Below, piece after piece: positions 63,401-64,000 of a DNA stretch of 64,000 nt; position 1 is the first letter of the stretch, and each line of letters opens with the position of its first letter. The stretch is from contig CM059431.1 in assembly GCA_030390025.1 (NCBI GenBank), positions 96,288,001 to 96,352,000 of the forward strand, read 5' to 3'. This DNA comes from Squalus acanthias (taxonomy: Eukaryota). The notes beneath the pieces were generated by a model. That model was not told where the DNA came from, did not search any database, and saw only the letters and a program-made list of their open reading frames with translations. The translations under genes were made by a program, and so were the position numbers.

Positions 63401-64000
63401 GAAGCCTTCCCCTGTCGAACAGCTTCGGCACTGGGTACTGCAAAAATCTTGGTCCGGGAAGTGTTCTCGCGGTGGGGACTCCCCCGTTTTGTGGAGTCAG
63501 ACCAAGGGAGTCATTTCACCGGCCAGGTGATGCAGAACACCCTCATGCTTTTGGGCATTGAAGGGAAGCGGCACGTAGCACACAATCCCCAGTCATCCGG
63601 GATTGTTGAACGCATGAACCGGACCCTGAAGGAGAAATTGAGGAAAGAGACTAGGAACTCGCCCCAAAAATGGGCGGAAGTTCTGCCTTTAGTCCTCATG
63701 GGGGTCCGGGCCAGTCAGTCAAAAAGTACGGGGTACTCCCCGCACGAGGTGATGACTGGGAGGCTCATGCGAACCCCCACCCATGTGCTAGCGCCGGTGC
63801 TCACTGAGGGTCAGCTCCAAGAGATAAGCAGGGACAAGTTCGCCCAGACCCTCTTGGAGCGCCTGAAGCAGGTTTATGAGCAGGCGGCTGGGAACATGGG
63901 AAGGCAGCATCAGGGCAATCGCCTGTTGCTGGAACCCCGCAAAACGCGGGAGTGGGAAGTAGGAGACCAGGTTATGGTCAGAAACTACGCCAGAGTAGGG
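60449..64000 (+). CDS. pol: Pol polyprotein (PR-RT-tether-RNase H-IN), same frame as gag, 3' incomplete
   Basis: Manual translation finds no stop in 1184 codons: LLDTGAS, GILGSD, NSPLWPVRK, LPQGFHNSP, YVDD, IYVDGS..AQQAEL..SDS..KVKAH..GNQQAD, HHCC, QIDYIG..SDQG..IVERMN. Confidence 0.95.

Larger units (their letters stand above)
56965..64000 (+). mobile_element. Endogenous retrovirus-like provirus, lokiretrovirus-like candidate; runs off the window
   Basis: LTR-PBS-gag-pol with open frames and two RNase H-fold domains. Confidence 0.9.

Overview
Repeat-dense eukaryotic DNA, inferred to be from a cartilaginous fish (shark-type CR1 LINEs, Deu-domain SINEs, Penelope-like elements). No host protein-coding gene is confidently recognisable. 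1-49 kb is a nested pile of mobile elements: CR1/L2 LINEs, a young Penelope-like element, hammerhead-bearing mini-insertions, Harbinger-type MITEs, and a PIF/Harbinger transposon (15706-25998) that splits one CR1 and carries further LINEs, including a near-intact full-length CR1. 49.3-57.0 kb is a 39-bp satellite with a 1286-bp higher-order duplication. From 56965 to the window end lies an apparently intact endogenous retrovirus-like provirus: ~1.67-kb LTR, tRNA-Arg PBS, Gag with an overlapping PSAP/PPxY motif, and an in-frame UGA-CUAG stop before a pol frame (PR-RT-tether-RNase H-IN) that the ORF track omits. The other main signal is a phased UUUAAAC heptamer at the ORF1/ORF2 junction of two divergent CR1s. 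All family assignments come from motif recognition, not database searches.
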